DNA of 64,000 bases from Longimicrobiales bacterium (GTDB taxonomy: Bacteria; Gemmatimonadota; Gemmatimonadetes; Longimicrobiales; Gaopeijiaceae): positions 96,001-160,000 of the forward strand of contig JAWLHJ010000003.1 in assembly GCA_041690395.1 (NCBI GenBank), in the 5' to 3' direction. A program made the translations under genes and the position numbers. Under the pieces are notes generated by a model that had not been told where the DNA came from, ran no database searches, and worked only from the letters and a program-made list of their open reading frames with translations. Positions 1 through 10,692 of this stretch are shown in pieces. Every line of letters starts with the position of its first letter. Within the stretch, counting starts at the first letter, position 1.

Positions 1-702
1 ATGATGGCCGACCTCCCCGAGGGATGGACCGACCAGCTGCGCGCCTTCCTGCGCAACTTCCCGAACACGCTCGGCGAGATCGACCGGCTCCTGACCCGGA
101 ACCAGATCCATATCGGCCGTACCCAGGGCGTGGGCGCCATCAGCGCCGCCGACGCCATCAACTACGGCTTCACCGGACCGAATCTGCGTGCCACGGGCGT
201 CGACTACGACGTACGCAAGGACCGGCCGTACTACGACTACGAGACGTACGACTTCGAGGTCCCGGTGGGGCAGCACGGCGACTGTTACGACCGGTACCTG
301 TGCCGCATGGAGGAGATGCGCCAGAGCGTACGCATCCTGCATCAGGCGATGGATCGCCTGCCCGGCGGCCCGATCAACGTGGAAGACCCGAACATATCGT
401 TGCCCTCCAAGACGGACTGCATGTCCGACATGGAGAGCATGATCCACCACTTCAAGCTGATCACCGAGGGGATTCCGGCGCCCGAGGGCGACTGCTACAT
501 GGCCGTCGAGGGCTCGAAGGGCGAGCTCGGCATGTACGTCGTTGCCGAGGAAGGCGGCACCAAGCCCGTCCGCTGGCGCGTGCGTCCGCCCTCGTTCGTG
601 AACCTCTCCGTGATTCCCAAGCTGGCCGAAGGACATCTCGTGGCCGACCTGATCATGATCAACGCGAGCCTCGACATCGTCCTGGGGGAGATCGACCGAT
701 GA
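1..702 (+). CDS. nuoD: NADH-quinone oxidoreductase subunit D (5' end outside window)
   Basis: GFTGPNLRATG, GDCYDRY, RPPSF and C-terminal DIVLGEIDR motifs; first gene of the nuo run. Confidence 0.96.
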   Translation: MMADLPEGWTDQLRAFLRNFPNTLGEIDRLLTRNQIHIGRTQGVGAISAADAINYGFTGPNLRATGVDYDVRKDRPYYDYETYDFEVPVGQHGDCYDRYLCRMEEMRQSVRILHQAMDRLPGGPINVEDPNISLPSKTDCMSDMESMIHHFKLITEGIPAPEGDCYMAVEGSKGELGMYVVAEEGGTKPVRWRVRPPSFVNLSVIPKLAEGHLVADLIMINASLDIVLGEIDR

Positions 703-1355
703 GCGACGTTCCCTTCAAGAACCCGGGCTGGGCCGGCAACACCGGCGAGTTCGAGCTCAGCGAGGACCAGGTTCGCGGCAAGGACTTCGTGGGCGAGCGG
801 CCGAAGCACGCGGGACACGCGTCCGGCTCCGCCACCATGCCCTACATGCTTCCGGAGAAGAATCCGGACGCGCCGCTCTTCGAGGGTGAGTATCAGGAGC
901 GCTTCGAGAAGATCCTGACCCGCTATCCGGACAAGCGCGCTGCGCTGCTTCCGGCGCTCGGGCTCGCCCAGGAGCTCAGGGGTTACGTGAGTCCGGAGTC
1001 GATGGATCGCGTGGCGGAGCTGCTCGACCTCTCGCCCGCATACGTCCGTGGTGTGGCCACCTTCTACACCATGTACAACAAGCGGCCCGTCGGCCGCTAT
1101 CTCGTGCAGGTCTGCACCAACATCTCCTGCAACCTGTGCGGCGCCGACGAGGTCTTCGACGCGTTCCTGTCCCAGACGGACACGGAGGCGGGAGAGACGT
1201 CGTCGGACGGGAACTTCACCGTCATCGAGGCCGAGTGCCTCGCCGGGTGCGGCTTCCCCACCTGCGTGCAGATCAACTCCGAGTACTTCGAGAACGTCAC
1301 GCCCGACGAGGTTCCGAAGATCCTGGAGCACCTCAAGAGCCGGAAAACCGGTTGA
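699..1355 (+). CDS. nuoE: NADH-quinone oxidoreductase subunit E
   Basis: ATG at 699 overlaps nuoD stop; VATFYTMY, VCTNISC and ECLAGC 2Fe-2S ligands; about 55-aa N-terminal extension. Confidence 0.95.
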   Translation: MSDVPFKNPGWAGNTGEFELSEDQVRGKDFVGERPKHAGHASGSATMPYMLPEKNPDAPLFEGEYQERFEKILTRYPDKRAALLPALGLAQELRGYVSPESMDRVAELLDLSPAYVRGVATFYTMYNKRPVGRYLVQVCTNISCNLCGADEVFDAFLSQTDTEAGETSSDGNFTVIEAECLAGCGFPTCVQINSEYFENVTPDEVPKILEHLKSRKTG

Positions 1356-1356
1356 C

Positions 1357-2649
1357 ATGGCCTATCCCTACGTGTCGGACCGCGAGGTCCGCGTTCTCAG
1401 CAAGCACTTCGGCGATCCCATGCAGCGCCGTATCGACACCTATGTCGAGCGGGGCGGCTACGGCGCGCTGAAGAAGGCGCTCGGCATGGCGCCGGGCGAA
1501 GTGGTCGACGTCGTGAAGGCGTCGGGACTCCGTGGCCGGGGTGGCGCGGGCTTCCCCACGGGCGTGAAGTGGTCTTTCATGCCGAAGGACACAGGCAAGC
1601 CCCACTATCTCATCTGCAACGCGGACGAGTCCGAGCCCGGAACCTTCAAGGACCGCGAGCTCATCCGCTGGGACCCGCACCAGCTCATCGAGGGGTGCCT
1701 GATCGGGGCCCACGCCATCGGCGCGCAGCACGTCTACATCTACTGCCGGGGCGAGTTCTTCGAGACCACGCAGGTTCTGGCGAAGGCGCTCGAGGACGCT
1801 TACGCGAAGGGTTATGTCGGGAAGGACGTCCTCGGCTCCGGCAAGGACATAGACGTCACCGTCCACCTGGGCGCGGGTGCCTACATCTGCGGCGAGGAGA
1901 CGGGGCTCATGAACTCGCTGGAGGGTCGTCGTGGCCAGCCGCGCGTGAAGCCTCCGTTCCCGGCCGCTGTGGGGGCGTTCGGCATGCCGTCGACCATCAA
2001 CAACGTCGAGACACTCTCCGCCATTCCGCACATCGTGACGAACGGCGGGGACTGGTACCGGCAGTGGGGCAGCGAGAAGAGCCCGGGCACCAAGCTCTTC
2101 TGCGTGAGCGGCCACGTGAACAAGCCGGGCAACTACGAGCTGCCCCTCGGCTTTCCGCTCATCGAGCTGATCGAGGACGTCTGCGGCGGCATGCGTGACG
2201 GGAACGCCCTGAAAGCGGTGATCCCCGGCGGATCCTCCGTGCCGATCATCAATGCCGAGGAGACACGTGCCTGCATGCTCGACTACGAAGGGTGCGTGGC
2301 CGTGGGCACGATGCTGGGGTGCGCCTCCGTCATCGTCATGGACGAGACCACGGACATCGTGAAGCAGGTCCGGCGCATGGTCGACTTCTACGCCCACGAG
2401 TCGTGCGGGCAGTGCACGCCGTGCCGCGAAGGCTCCGCCTGGACCGGAAAGATGATGAAGCGCATCGAGGACGGACGGGGGACCGAGGAGGATCTCGACA
2501 CCCTGATGGAGGTCACGCAGCAGATGGTCGGAACGACGATCTGCGTGCTCTCCGACTCGGTCGCGGCGCCGGTGCAGTCTTCCATCAAGAAATTCAGAGA
2601 CGAGTACCTCGCCCTGATTCGTCGGGGTGAGCGCGTGGGAGCGGCCTGA
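1357..2649 (+). CDS. nuoF: NADH-quinone oxidoreductase subunit F
   Basis: GLRGRGGAGFPTGxKW, NADESEPGTFKDR, GAYICGEET, ESCGQCTPCREG. Confidence 0.97.
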   Translation: MAYPYVSDREVRVLSKHFGDPMQRRIDTYVERGGYGALKKALGMAPGEVVDVVKASGLRGRGGAGFPTGVKWSFMPKDTGKPHYLICNADESEPGTFKDRELIRWDPHQLIEGCLIGAHAIGAQHVYIYCRGEFFETTQVLAKALEDAYAKGYVGKDVLGSGKDIDVTVHLGAGAYICGEETGLMNSLEGRRGQPRVKPPFPAAVGAFGMPSTINNVETLSAIPHIVTNGGDWYRQWGSEKSPGTKLFCVSGHVNKPGNYELPLGFPLIELIEDVCGGMRDGNALKAVIPGGSSVPIINAEETRACMLDYEGCVAVGTMLGCASVIVMDETTDIVKQVRRMVDFYAHESCGQCTPCREGSAWTGKMMKRIEDGRGTEEDLDTLMEVTQQMVGTTICVLSDSVAAPVQSSIKKFRDEYLALIRRGERVGAA

Positions 2650-4253
2650 TGTCCGACATGGTGAAGCTCACGATCGATGGCCACGAGGTCGAAGTCCCCA
2701 AGGGGACGACGATCCTGGAGGCCGCCAAGCGGGTCGGGACCGAGGTTCCGCACTACTGCTACCACCCGGGGATGTCGTCGCCGGCCATGTGTCGGCTGTG
2801 CCTGGTGGAAGTCGAAGGCGCGCCCAAGCCGATGCCGTCCTGCGTGACGACGGTGGCCGAGGGGCAGGTCGTCAACACGCAGTCCGACAACGCGTTGGGC
2901 CATCGCCGGGGGGTTCTCGAGTTCTACCTCGTGAACCATCCGCTCGACTGCCCCATCTGCGACATGTCGGGCGAATGCCACCTCCAGGACTACGTCCACG
3001 AGGAAGGGCGCGACCACGGTCGCGGCAGGGAGCCCAAGCGGATCTTCGGGCGCGACGACTTCGGGGGCGACGTCCTCTTCTACGGCGATCGCTGCGTGAT
3101 GTGCACGCGGTGCGTGCGCTTCATGAACGAAGTCGAGCAGGACGCGCGCCTCACGGTCGTCGAGCGTGGCAGCAAGTCCGTGATCGACACGTTCTTCGAG
3201 GAGGGTCTCGAGGGCACGTACTGGCACGGCAACATCGTCGACGTCTGCCCGGTGGGCGCGCTCGTTTCGAAGGACTTCCTGCACAAGGCGCGCGCCTGGG
3301 ACCTCGAGCACACGCCGAGCATCTGCCCGGGCTGCTCGCAGGGGTGCAACATCGAGCTCCACACCCGTGACAACCTCGTGCAGCGCCTCAAGCCCCGCGA
3401 GAATCTCGACGTCAACGGCTGGTGGATGTGCGACTACGGCCGCATGGACTACGAGTGGATGAACACCGGGGGCCGCATCGAGGCGCCGCTCGTACGCCGG
3501 AACGACGCGACCACCGCGGTCGCGTGGAAGGACGCGCTCTCCGAGCTGCTCGACCGGGCCCGGAGCGCCAGCACCGGCAATGTGAAGGCCGTGGCGTCGC
3601 CGCTCGCCTCGAACGAGGATCTCGCGGCGCTGAAGGCGCTGGTCGACGCGCTCGGTGGTGGGGAGATCGTGTTCCGCGGACGGCGCGCCGAGGACGAGGT
3701 CGTGCTGAAGGGGTTCCCGTCGCTCGCTCGGCGCCGTGACCTGACGCCGAACTCGAAGGGCGCCCGGCTGATCGGCGCGGAGCGCGTCGGGTCGGACGAC
3801 GGGGCGGGGGGGCTGGACGCCGTCGCGTCGCACGACGGCGTCGTGATCGTGCTCGGCGACGCGCTGCTCGATCAGGACGAGGGCTTCGCGGCGAACGCCT
3901 CGCTGTTCATCTACGCGGGGCAGACGGCCGCCCCGGCCTCCTCGGGAGCCCATTTCGTGCTCCCGACGACCACCTTCGCCGAGCAGGAGGGCACGTTCAC
4001 GAACATCGACGGGCGGGTCCAGCGCTTCTGGGCGGGGCTGCAGCCGCCGGGCATGGCGCGGCCGGCCTGGCTCGTGCTCGGAGCCCTGGCGGCGGAGCTC
4101 GGCGACGCGTCCGGAGCGGTACGAACCGCCGCGGACGCCTTCCAGGCCTACGTGGCCCGTGTATCGGCCTTCGAAGGCCTCACCTACGAAGACATCGGCA
4201 CCCGCGGCGCGGTCGTCAACGAGACCGTGTCGCTCACCGGAGACCGCGCTTAG
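2649..4253 (+). CDS. nuoG: NADH-quinone oxidoreductase subunit G (short form, 534 aa)
   Basis: PHYCYH..CRLCLVE, NHPLDCPICD, RCVMCTRC, CPVGAL, CPGCSQGC. Confidence 0.95.
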   Translation: MSDMVKLTIDGHEVEVPKGTTILEAAKRVGTEVPHYCYHPGMSSPAMCRLCLVEVEGAPKPMPSCVTTVAEGQVVNTQSDNALGHRRGVLEFYLVNHPLDCPICDMSGECHLQDYVHEEGRDHGRGREPKRIFGRDDFGGDVLFYGDRCVMCTRCVRFMNEVEQDARLTVVERGSKSVIDTFFEEGLEGTYWHGNIVDVCPVGALVSKDFLHKARAWDLEHTPSICPGCSQGCNIELHTRDNLVQRLKPRENLDVNGWWMCDYGRMDYEWMNTGGRIEAPLVRRNDATTAVAWKDALSELLDRARSASTGNVKAVASPLASNEDLAALKALVDALGGGEIVFRGRRAEDEVVLKGFPSLARRRDLTPNSKGARLIGAERVGSDDGAGGLDAVASHDGVVIVLGDALLDQDEGFAANASLFIYAGQTAAPASSGAHFVLPTTTFAEQEGTFTNIDGRVQRFWAGLQPPGMARPAWLVLGALAAELGDASGAVRTAADAFQAYVARVSAFEGLTYEDIGTRGAVVNETVSLTGDRA

Positions 4254-5546
4254 ATGGAGTCCTTGCAACCCATTTCCGGCATCTGGGCGCTCGTCGCCAT
4301 GTCGCTGAAGGTCACGCTGATCTTCACGATGGTGATGATCGTGGTCGCGTACGCGACCCTGGCCGAGCGTCGCGTGTCGGCGTTCATCCAGGACCGGCGC
4401 GGGCCCAACCGGGTCGGCCCGTTCGGCCTTCTACAGCCCATCGCCGACGGCATCAAGAACATCCTGAAGGAGGAGACCCTCCCGGCCACGGCGTCGCGGC
4501 TCTTCTTCATCCTGGCACCCATCATGGTGCTGGTGCCGTCGCTGGTGACGTTCGCGGTGATTCCGATCGCCGCCCCGCTGCCCACCCCGGCCGGTGTGGT
4601 CGACATGATCATCGCCGACCTGCCCATCGGGATCCTGTACGTACTCGCGTTCAGCTCGCTCGCGGTGTACGGCGTGGTGCTCGGCGGGTGGGCCTCGAAC
4701 AACAAGTACGCCTTCCTCGGCGGGCTGCGGGCCTCCGCGCAGATGGTGAGCTACGAGGTCGCGCTGGGGCTGTCGCTCATCACGGTGCTCATGGTGGTGG
4801 GCAACGTGACGCTCCCCGAGGTCATCGCGCAGCAGCAACAGCTCGGGATCTGGTTCGCGTTCCCGCTTTCGCTCGCGTTCATCCTGTTCGTGATCTCGGC
4901 GTTCGCGGAGACGAACCGGCTCCCGTTCGACATGCCGGAGGCCGAGTCCGAGCTGGTGACCGGGTACCACACCGAGTACTCCGCCATGAAGTTCAGCGCC
5001 TTCATGATCTCGGAGTTCGGGCACATGGTGACCGCATCCGCGCTCATGGCCACGCTCTTCCTCGGCGGATGGGATATCCCGATCTGGCAGGGCGACAACG
5101 CCTTCTGGCACCAGGGCCAGCTGATCTCGGGCTTCGCCGCCGACGGCAGCGTCATCCTGGCGAACCCGACCTGGTGGAAGACGCTGCTCACCTTCGCGGC
5201 GTTCGCGGCCAAGACCGGCTTCTTCCTGCTGCTCTACATCTGGATCCGCTGGACGCTGCCGCGGTTCCGCTACGACCAGGTCATGGCGCTCGGCTGGAAG
5301 GTCATGCTTCCGACCGCCCTCGCGTACGTGATGCTCATCGGGGGCACGATCCTGTTCCTCGACGAGATCGGCATGGCGTGGGGCTTCGGCTACGGTCTGG
5401 CCCTCACGGCGGTGAGCGGAGCGGCGACCTTCGGGTTCGTCTTCTTCCTGGACCGCGGCCGGACCATCACCGGGGCGGCGGCCCACAGCAGCCAGCGTGT
5501 CGAAGTGAAGACCAGCCTTCCTCAGCCTACCCCGGTGGGAGAGTAG
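4254..5546 (+). CDS. nuoH: NADH-quinone oxidoreductase subunit H
   Basis: QDRRGPNRVGPFGLLQPIADGIK, ETNRLPFDMPEAESELV, PRFRYDQ. Confidence 0.97.
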   Translation: MESLQPISGIWALVAMSLKVTLIFTMVMIVVAYATLAERRVSAFIQDRRGPNRVGPFGLLQPIADGIKNILKEETLPATASRLFFILAPIMVLVPSLVTFAVIPIAAPLPTPAGVVDMIIADLPIGILYVLAFSSLAVYGVVLGGWASNNKYAFLGGLRASAQMVSYEVALGLSLITVLMVVGNVTLPEVIAQQQQLGIWFAFPLSLAFILFVISAFAETNRLPFDMPEAESELVTGYHTEYSAMKFSAFMISEFGHMVTASALMATLFLGGWDIPIWQGDNAFWHQGQLISGFAADGSVILANPTWWKTLLTFAAFAAKTGFFLLLYIWIRWTLPRFRYDQVMALGWKVMLPTALAYVMLIGGTILFLDEIGMAWGFGYGLALTAVSGAATFGFVFFLDRGRTITGAAAHSSQRVEVKTSLPQPTPVGE

Positions 5547-5550
5547 TTCG

Positions 5551-6051
5551 ATGCCGATCTCTGTAAGAGTCATGGAGCGCCCGGAGCCGGAGACCACCTC
5601 CTATCTCCGTGCTGCGCTCAGCGGTATGGCGCTCACGTTCAAGCACATGGTGAACCCGAACAAGGTCACGCAGCAGTATCCCGAGGAGCAGACCGATCTC
5701 AGCCCTCGGTGGCGCGGGACGCACCGCATGGAGGTGCATGCCGACGGCCGGCCGAAGTGCGTCGCCTGCGGCCTGTGCCCGACGGTCTGCCCGGCGAACT
5801 GCATCCGCCTGGTGGGCGGCGAGGACGACCAGGGGAACCGCTATCCGATCGTGTACGAGATCGACGAGTTCCGGTGCATCTTCTGCGGCATGTGCCAGGA
5901 AGTCTGCCCGGTCGAGGCGATCCACGTCGGGCAGCACTTCGAGAACGCGGAGTACACCCGCGACCGCTTCGTCTACGACCTGGACCGGCTCATGGAGCAG
6001 GAGCACCCGGTGACGCTCCTCTGGGACCCCGCCGATCCGAGATCCGAGTGA
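5551..6051 (+). CDS. nuoI: NADH-quinone oxidoreductase subunit I
   Basis: Two CxxCxxCxxxCP ferredoxin motifs; operon position. Confidence 0.96.
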   Translation: MPISVRVMERPEPETTSYLRAALSGMALTFKHMVNPNKVTQQYPEEQTDLSPRWRGTHRMEVHADGRPKCVACGLCPTVCPANCIRLVGGEDDQGNRYPIVYEIDEFRCIFCGMCQEVCPVEAIHVGQHFENAEYTRDRFVYDLDRLMEQEHPVTLLWDPADPRSE

Positions 6052-6052
6052 C

Positions 6053-6571
6053 ATGATCGACATCCTGTTCTACGTGTTCTCCGCCGTGGCGATCGGTGGA
6101 GCGCTCGGCGTGGTGCTCGCCAAGAGCCCCGTGGGGAGCCTGCTCTTCATGGTGACGACGCTGGGCAGCCTGGCCGGCACGTTCGTTTTGCTCGAGGCGC
6201 ATTTCCTGGCGGCGATCCAGATCATCGTGTACGCCGGCGCCATCATGGTGCTCTTCCTGTTCGTCATCATGCTCCTGAACCTCGGGCACGATTACCAGAA
6301 GGACATCAAGGGCGGCGTGTTCGCCATCCTCTCCTTCGTGATGATCGGCCTCATGGCGGGCTTGCTCGCCAGGCAGGTCGGCGGCGGGGGCGGATTCGCC
6401 GAAGGTCCCGGAGGCGTGGCCATCGACGCGGCGATCCGGGAGCACGGAGTGGTCGGGGCCATCGCGCAGCCGCTCTACACGACCTACGTCGTCCCGTTCG
6501 AGATCACGGGCATCCTGCTTCTGGTGGCGATCGTGGGCGCGATCGTCCTGGCGAAGAGAAGGGTCAACTAG
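6053..6571 (+). CDS. nuoJ: NADH-quinone oxidoreductase subunit J
   Basis: QIIVYAGAIMVLFLFVIML and YVVPFE motifs. Confidence 0.95.
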   Translation: MIDILFYVFSAVAIGGALGVVLAKSPVGSLLFMVTTLGSLAGTFVLLEAHFLAAIQIIVYAGAIMVLFLFVIMLLNLGHDYQKDIKGGVFAILSFVMIGLMAGLLARQVGGGGGFAEGPGGVAIDAAIREHGVVGAIAQPLYTTYVVPFEITGILLLVAIVGAIVLAKRRVN

Positions 6572-6865
6572 ATGATCACCGAGGCACTCGTCCTGAGCGC
6601 GATCCTCTTCGTGCTCGGCACCTTCGGCGTCCTGGTCCGCCGTAACGCCATCATCATGTTCCTCTGCATCGAGCTTCAGCTCAACGCGGTGAACCTGGCT
6701 TTCGTGGCGTTTTCGCGGATGGTCGGGATCGAGGGGCAGATCTTCGTCTTCTTCGTGATGACCGTGGCGGCCGCCGAGGCGGCGGTCGGGCTCGCGATCA
6801 TCATCTCGATCTTCCGGCACTACGAGACCGTGAACGTCAACAACTTCAACCTGCTCAAGTGGTAG
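6572..6865 (+). CDS. nuoK: NADH-quinone oxidoreductase subunit K
   Basis: [21 protein letters not shown]. Confidence 0.96.
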   Translation: MITEALVLSAILFVLGTFGVLVRRNAIIMFLCIELQLNAVNLAFVAFSRMVGIEGQIFVFFVMTVAAAEAAVGLAIIISIFRHYETVNVNNFNLLKW

Positions 6866-6869
6866 CGGC

Positions 6870-9032
6870 ATGCACGCTTCCCTAGCAGCACTCATGTTCC
6901 AGGGCGGGGGCGCGCAAGCGGCCGCCGGCAACTTCGAGCCCTTCCTCCCGGGTCTCGTCGTCCTCCTGCCGTTGATCGGATTCCTGATCAACGGGTTCCT
7001 CGCGCTGAAGCACGCCAGGGCCTCCGCGGACGCGGTACGCGCCGGTGGCGAGCTCGACCTCGACGGACCCGGCGGGCGGCCTGCCACGCACACGCTACCG
7101 ACGTGGGTCGGGCCCGGCGTCATGCTCGGGGCGTTCCTGATCACGCTCGTCAACTTCACGAGCATGCTCGGCGCGGAGCTCCACGAGCCCGTGATCGTCG
7201 AGTACTGGACCTGGATCGCGACCGGCACCTTCACGGTGAGCGCGGCGCTCCAGCTCGACCAGCTCTCGATGATCATGATGATGGTCGTCACGGGCGTGGG
7301 CTTCCTGATCCACGTGTTCAGCGTGGGCTACATGAAGGACGACCCCGGGTACCCGCGTTACTTCGCGTACCTGAACCTGTTCGTCTTCTTCATGCTCGTT
7401 CTCGTCATGGGCTCGAGCTACCCGCTGATGTTCGTCGGGTGGGAAGGCGTCGGGCTCTGCTCGTATCTGCTGATCGGATTCTGGTTCCAGGACCGCGAGA
7501 AGGCCGACGCCGGCAAGAAGGCGTTCATCGTCAACCGGATCGGTGACTTCGGCTTTCTGATCGCGCTCTTCCTGCTGTACACGACGTTCGGCACCCTCGA
7601 CTTCGTGGGCGTCTTCGGCGAAGCCGAGGCCGGGCTGGTCTACGGCGGTGGCCTGGTCACCGCGATCACGCTCTTCTTCCTGCTGGGCGCGGCGGGGAAG
7701 AGCGCCCAGATTCCGCTCTACGTGTGGCTTCCGGACGCGATGGCCGGCCCGACGCCGGTCTCCGCGCTGATCCACGCGGCCACGATGGTGACGGCCGGTG
7801 TGTACCTCGTCGCCCGCTCCTCCGTCCTGTTCGCGCTGTCGCCCGTCGGCAGCGCCACTGTGGCCGGTGTCGGCGTGCTGACGGCGCTCTTCGCAGCGAC
7901 CATCGCGCTGAAGCAGAACGACATCAAGAAGGTGCTCGCGTACTCGACGGTCTCCCAGCTCGGCTACATGTTCGTCGGCGTGGGCGTCGGCGCCTACGCC
8001 GCGGGCGTCTTCCACCTCATGACGCACGCCTTCTTCAAGGCGCTGCTCTTCCTGGGGTCCGGCGCGGTCATCCACGCGATGCACCACGCCTACCACGCGA
8101 CGCACAACCACGAAGACGCGCAGGACATGCGCAACATGGGCGGACTGAAGGCCCACATGCCCATCACGTGGATCACCATGTGGATCGCGACCCTCGCCAT
8201 CGCGGGCATCTGGCCGTTCGCCGGATTCTTCTCGAAGGACGAGATCATCTGGTACACCGCGGCGTTCGGCGGGGCGGAGAACGCTCCGTTCCCCGCGCTC
8301 TACACGGTCTACTGGATCATCGCGCTGGCCGCGGCCATGCTCACGGCCTTCTACATGACCCGGATGATGGTGCTCACCTTCCACGGGAAGAACCGGACCG
8401 GCGCCGAGGAGGAGAAGCACCTCCACGAAGTGTCACCGGTCATGTGGGTGCCGCTCGCGGTCCTCGCCGTGCTCTCGATCTTCGGTGGCTGGATCAACGT
8501 CCCGGAGCCGATCCGGATGTCGTTCCTGGGTGGCTTCGGGGCGCTCCCCATGAGCGAGTGGCTGCACCATTGGCTCGAGCCCATCACCGCGCAGGCGCAC
8601 CACGTCCAGGAGCTGCACCTGGGTGAGGTCGCCCATTCGTCCCCCTTCGGCGGCGGCGAGCTGGCCTGGGCGCTGATCTCGACCGTCGCGGCCGCGATCG
8701 TGGTCGTCGTCTCCATGCGGGTGGTCGGCGGCAAGACCGTCGTGCCCGCGAAGGACGACGTCGAGCCCACGGGCTTCGCCAAGGTCCTCTACAACAAGTG
8801 GTACGTGGACGAGTTCTACGACCGCTTCATCGTGCAGCCCATCATCCGGGCCTCCCGGTTCTGCTGGAAGGTCATCGACGCGACGATCATCGACGGCGTG
8901 GTGAACGCCGTGGGTTGGGGCTCCCGCGGCTTCGGGTGGGGAATCAGCATGTTCCAGACGGGCTCCGTGAATACCTACGCGTTCATCTTAACCGTCGGCG
9001 TCCTGGTGATCCTCGGCGTCTCGATGCTCTAG
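6870..9032 (+). CDS. nuoL: NADH-quinone oxidoreductase subunit L
   Basis: GWEGVGLCSYLLIGFW, GKSAQIPLYVWLPDAMAGPTPVSALIHAATMV, THAFFKALLFL. Confidence 0.97.
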   Translation: MHASLAALMFQGGGAQAAAGNFEPFLPGLVVLLPLIGFLINGFLALKHARASADAVRAGGELDLDGPGGRPATHTLPTWVGPGVMLGAFLITLVNFTSMLGAELHEPVIVEYWTWIATGTFTVSAALQLDQLSMIMMMVVTGVGFLIHVFSVGYMKDDPGYPRYFAYLNLFVFFMLVLVMGSSYPLMFVGWEGVGLCSYLLIGFWFQDREKADAGKKAFIVNRIGDFGFLIALFLLYTTFGTLDFVGVFGEAEAGLVYGGGLVTAITLFFLLGAAGKSAQIPLYVWLPDAMAGPTPVSALIHAATMVTAGVYLVARSSVLFALSPVGSATVAGVGVLTALFAATIALKQNDIKKVLAYSTVSQLGYMFVGVGVGAYAAGVFHLMTHAFFKALLFLGSGAVIHAMHHAYHATHNHEDAQDMRNMGGLKAHMPITWITMWIATLAIAGIWPFAGFFSKDEIIWYTAAFGGAENAPFPALYTVYWIIALAAAMLTAFYMTRMMVLTFHGKNRTGAEEEKHLHEVSPVMWVPLAVLAVLSIFGGWINVPEPIRMSFLGGFGALPMSEWLHHWLEPITAQAHHVQELHLGEVAHSSPFGGGELAWALISTVAAAIVVVVSMRVVGGKTVVPAKDDVEPTGFAKVLYNKWYVDEFYDRFIVQPIIRASRFCWKVIDATIIDGVVNAVGWGSRGFGWGISMFQTGSVNTYAFILTVGVLVILGVSML

Positions 9033-9042
9033 GAGTCCGACG

Positions 9043-10680
9043 ATGACTGCTTTGCTCGAATCGATCGGTTACGCGAACTGGGCGCTCCACGCCCTCATCT
9101 GGCTCCCCGTGCTCGGTATGGGCCTCGTCCTCTGGGCCGAGGAGGAGCAGGCCAAGACCGTGGCCTTCTGGTGGTCCATGGGCGTGTTCGTGCTCAGCCT
9201 GGGCCTGTGGTGGGCGTTCGACGCCGGCTACGGCGGCATGCAGATGGAGAGCGTGACGCCGTGGATCGAGTCCTGGGGCGTGAGCTACTCGCTCGGCGTC
9301 GACGGCATCAGCCTGTTCATGGTGATGCTGACGACGTTCAGCACCTCGATCGCCATCCTCGGCTCGTTCAACTACATCAAGACCCGGCAGCGTGCCTTCT
9401 ACGCGCTCATGCTGCTGCTCGAGGCGGGGGTGATCGGCGTGTTCGTCGCGACCGACCTGCTCCTCTTCTACGTCTTCTTCGAGCTCACCCTGGTGCCGAT
9501 GTACTTCATCGTGGGCATCTGGGGCGGCGAGCGCCGCATCTACGCGGCCATCAAGTTCTTCCTGTACACGGCGTTCGGCTCGCTGCTCATGCTGGTCGGC
9601 ATCATGTACCTGTACTTCAAGGCGAAGACCTTCCTGGGCGTGCCGACGTTCGCCTGGGCCGACCTGCTGCAGATCCCGCTCACGGGGACGGAGCAGCTCT
9701 GGCTGTTCAGCGCCTTCGCGCTCGCCTTCAGCGTGAAGGTCCCTGTCTTTCCGCTGCACACGTGGCTTCCGGACGCGCACGTCGAGGCGCCCACGCCGGG
9801 CTCGGTCATCCTGGCCGCGGTGCTCCTCAAGATGGGTACCTACGGATTTCTCCGGTTCCTCCTGCCGCTCTTCCCGGTCGCCGCCCAGCACCCCACGGTC
9901 GTGACCACGATGCTCGTACTCGCGGTGATCGGAATCCTCTACACGGCCTGGGTGGCGGCCGTGCAGCCCGACGCGAAGAAGTTGGTCGCATATACGTCGG
10001 TGGCCCACATGGGCTTCGTGGTGCTCGGCATCTTCGCGCTCACTGTGAACGGCATCCAGGGCGGCCTGGTCGTCATGATCTCGCACGGCATCAGCACGGG
10101 GGCGCTGTTCCTCCTGCTCGGGATGCTGTACGAGCGGCGGCACACGCGGGTCATCGAGGACTTCGGCGGGCTGGGACGCGTGGCTCCGCTGCTGGCCACG
10201 GCCTTCGTGATCACCGCGCTGGCCTCGATCGGGCTTCCGGGCACGAGCGGCTTCGTGGGTGAGTTCCTCGCGCTCATGGGCGCGTTCGAGACCCATCCGA
10301 CCATCGCCGTCATCGCCACGCTCGGCGTGATCTTCGCGGCGTACTACATGCTGCCGATGGTCCAGAAGATCTTCTTCAACAAGCTCGACAAGCCCGAGAA
10401 CCGCGAGGTGAAGGACCTCTCGGGCCGCGAGGTCGCGGTGCTCGCGCCGCTCGTCGCCCTGATGATCGTCATCGGGTGGCATCCCACGCCGATCCTCGAC
10501 CGGATGGAGCCCAGCGTTCGTGCCGTGCTCGAGCGGGTCGAGGACGCGTCCACGGGGATGGCCGACGGGACCTCGACCCCGGTGCCCGTACTCTCCGAGG
10601 AGTCGGCGGAAGGTGCGCAGCCCGCCGCCGCACGCTCACAAGAATCCGACGCCGCCCAGGCGCTCGTCTCCGGCGAATAG
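9043..10680 (+). CDS. nuoM: NADH-quinone oxidoreductase subunit M
   Basis: PLHTWLPDAHVEAPT, LLKMGTYG, AYTSVAHMG, GLPGTSGFVGEF. Confidence 0.97.
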   Translation: MTALLESIGYANWALHALIWLPVLGMGLVLWAEEEQAKTVAFWWSMGVFVLSLGLWWAFDAGYGGMQMESVTPWIESWGVSYSLGVDGISLFMVMLTTFSTSIAILGSFNYIKTRQRAFYALMLLLEAGVIGVFVATDLLLFYVFFELTLVPMYFIVGIWGGERRIYAAIKFFLYTAFGSLLMLVGIMYLYFKAKTFLGVPTFAWADLLQIPLTGTEQLWLFSAFALAFSVKVPVFPLHTWLPDAHVEAPTPGSVILAAVLLKMGTYGFLRFLLPLFPVAAQHPTVVTTMLVLAVIGILYTAWVAAVQPDAKKLVAYTSVAHMGFVVLGIFALTVNGIQGGLVVMISHGISTGALFLLLGMLYERRHTRVIEDFGGLGRVAPLLATAFVITALASIGLPGTSGFVGEFLALMGAFETHPTIAVIATLGVIFAAYYMLPMVQKIFFNKLDKPENREVKDLSGREVAVLAPLVALMIVIGWHPTPILDRMEPSVRAVLERVEDASTGMADGTSTPVPVLSEESAEGAQPAAARSQESDAAQALVSGE

Positions 10681-10692
10681 CGAAGACCAACG

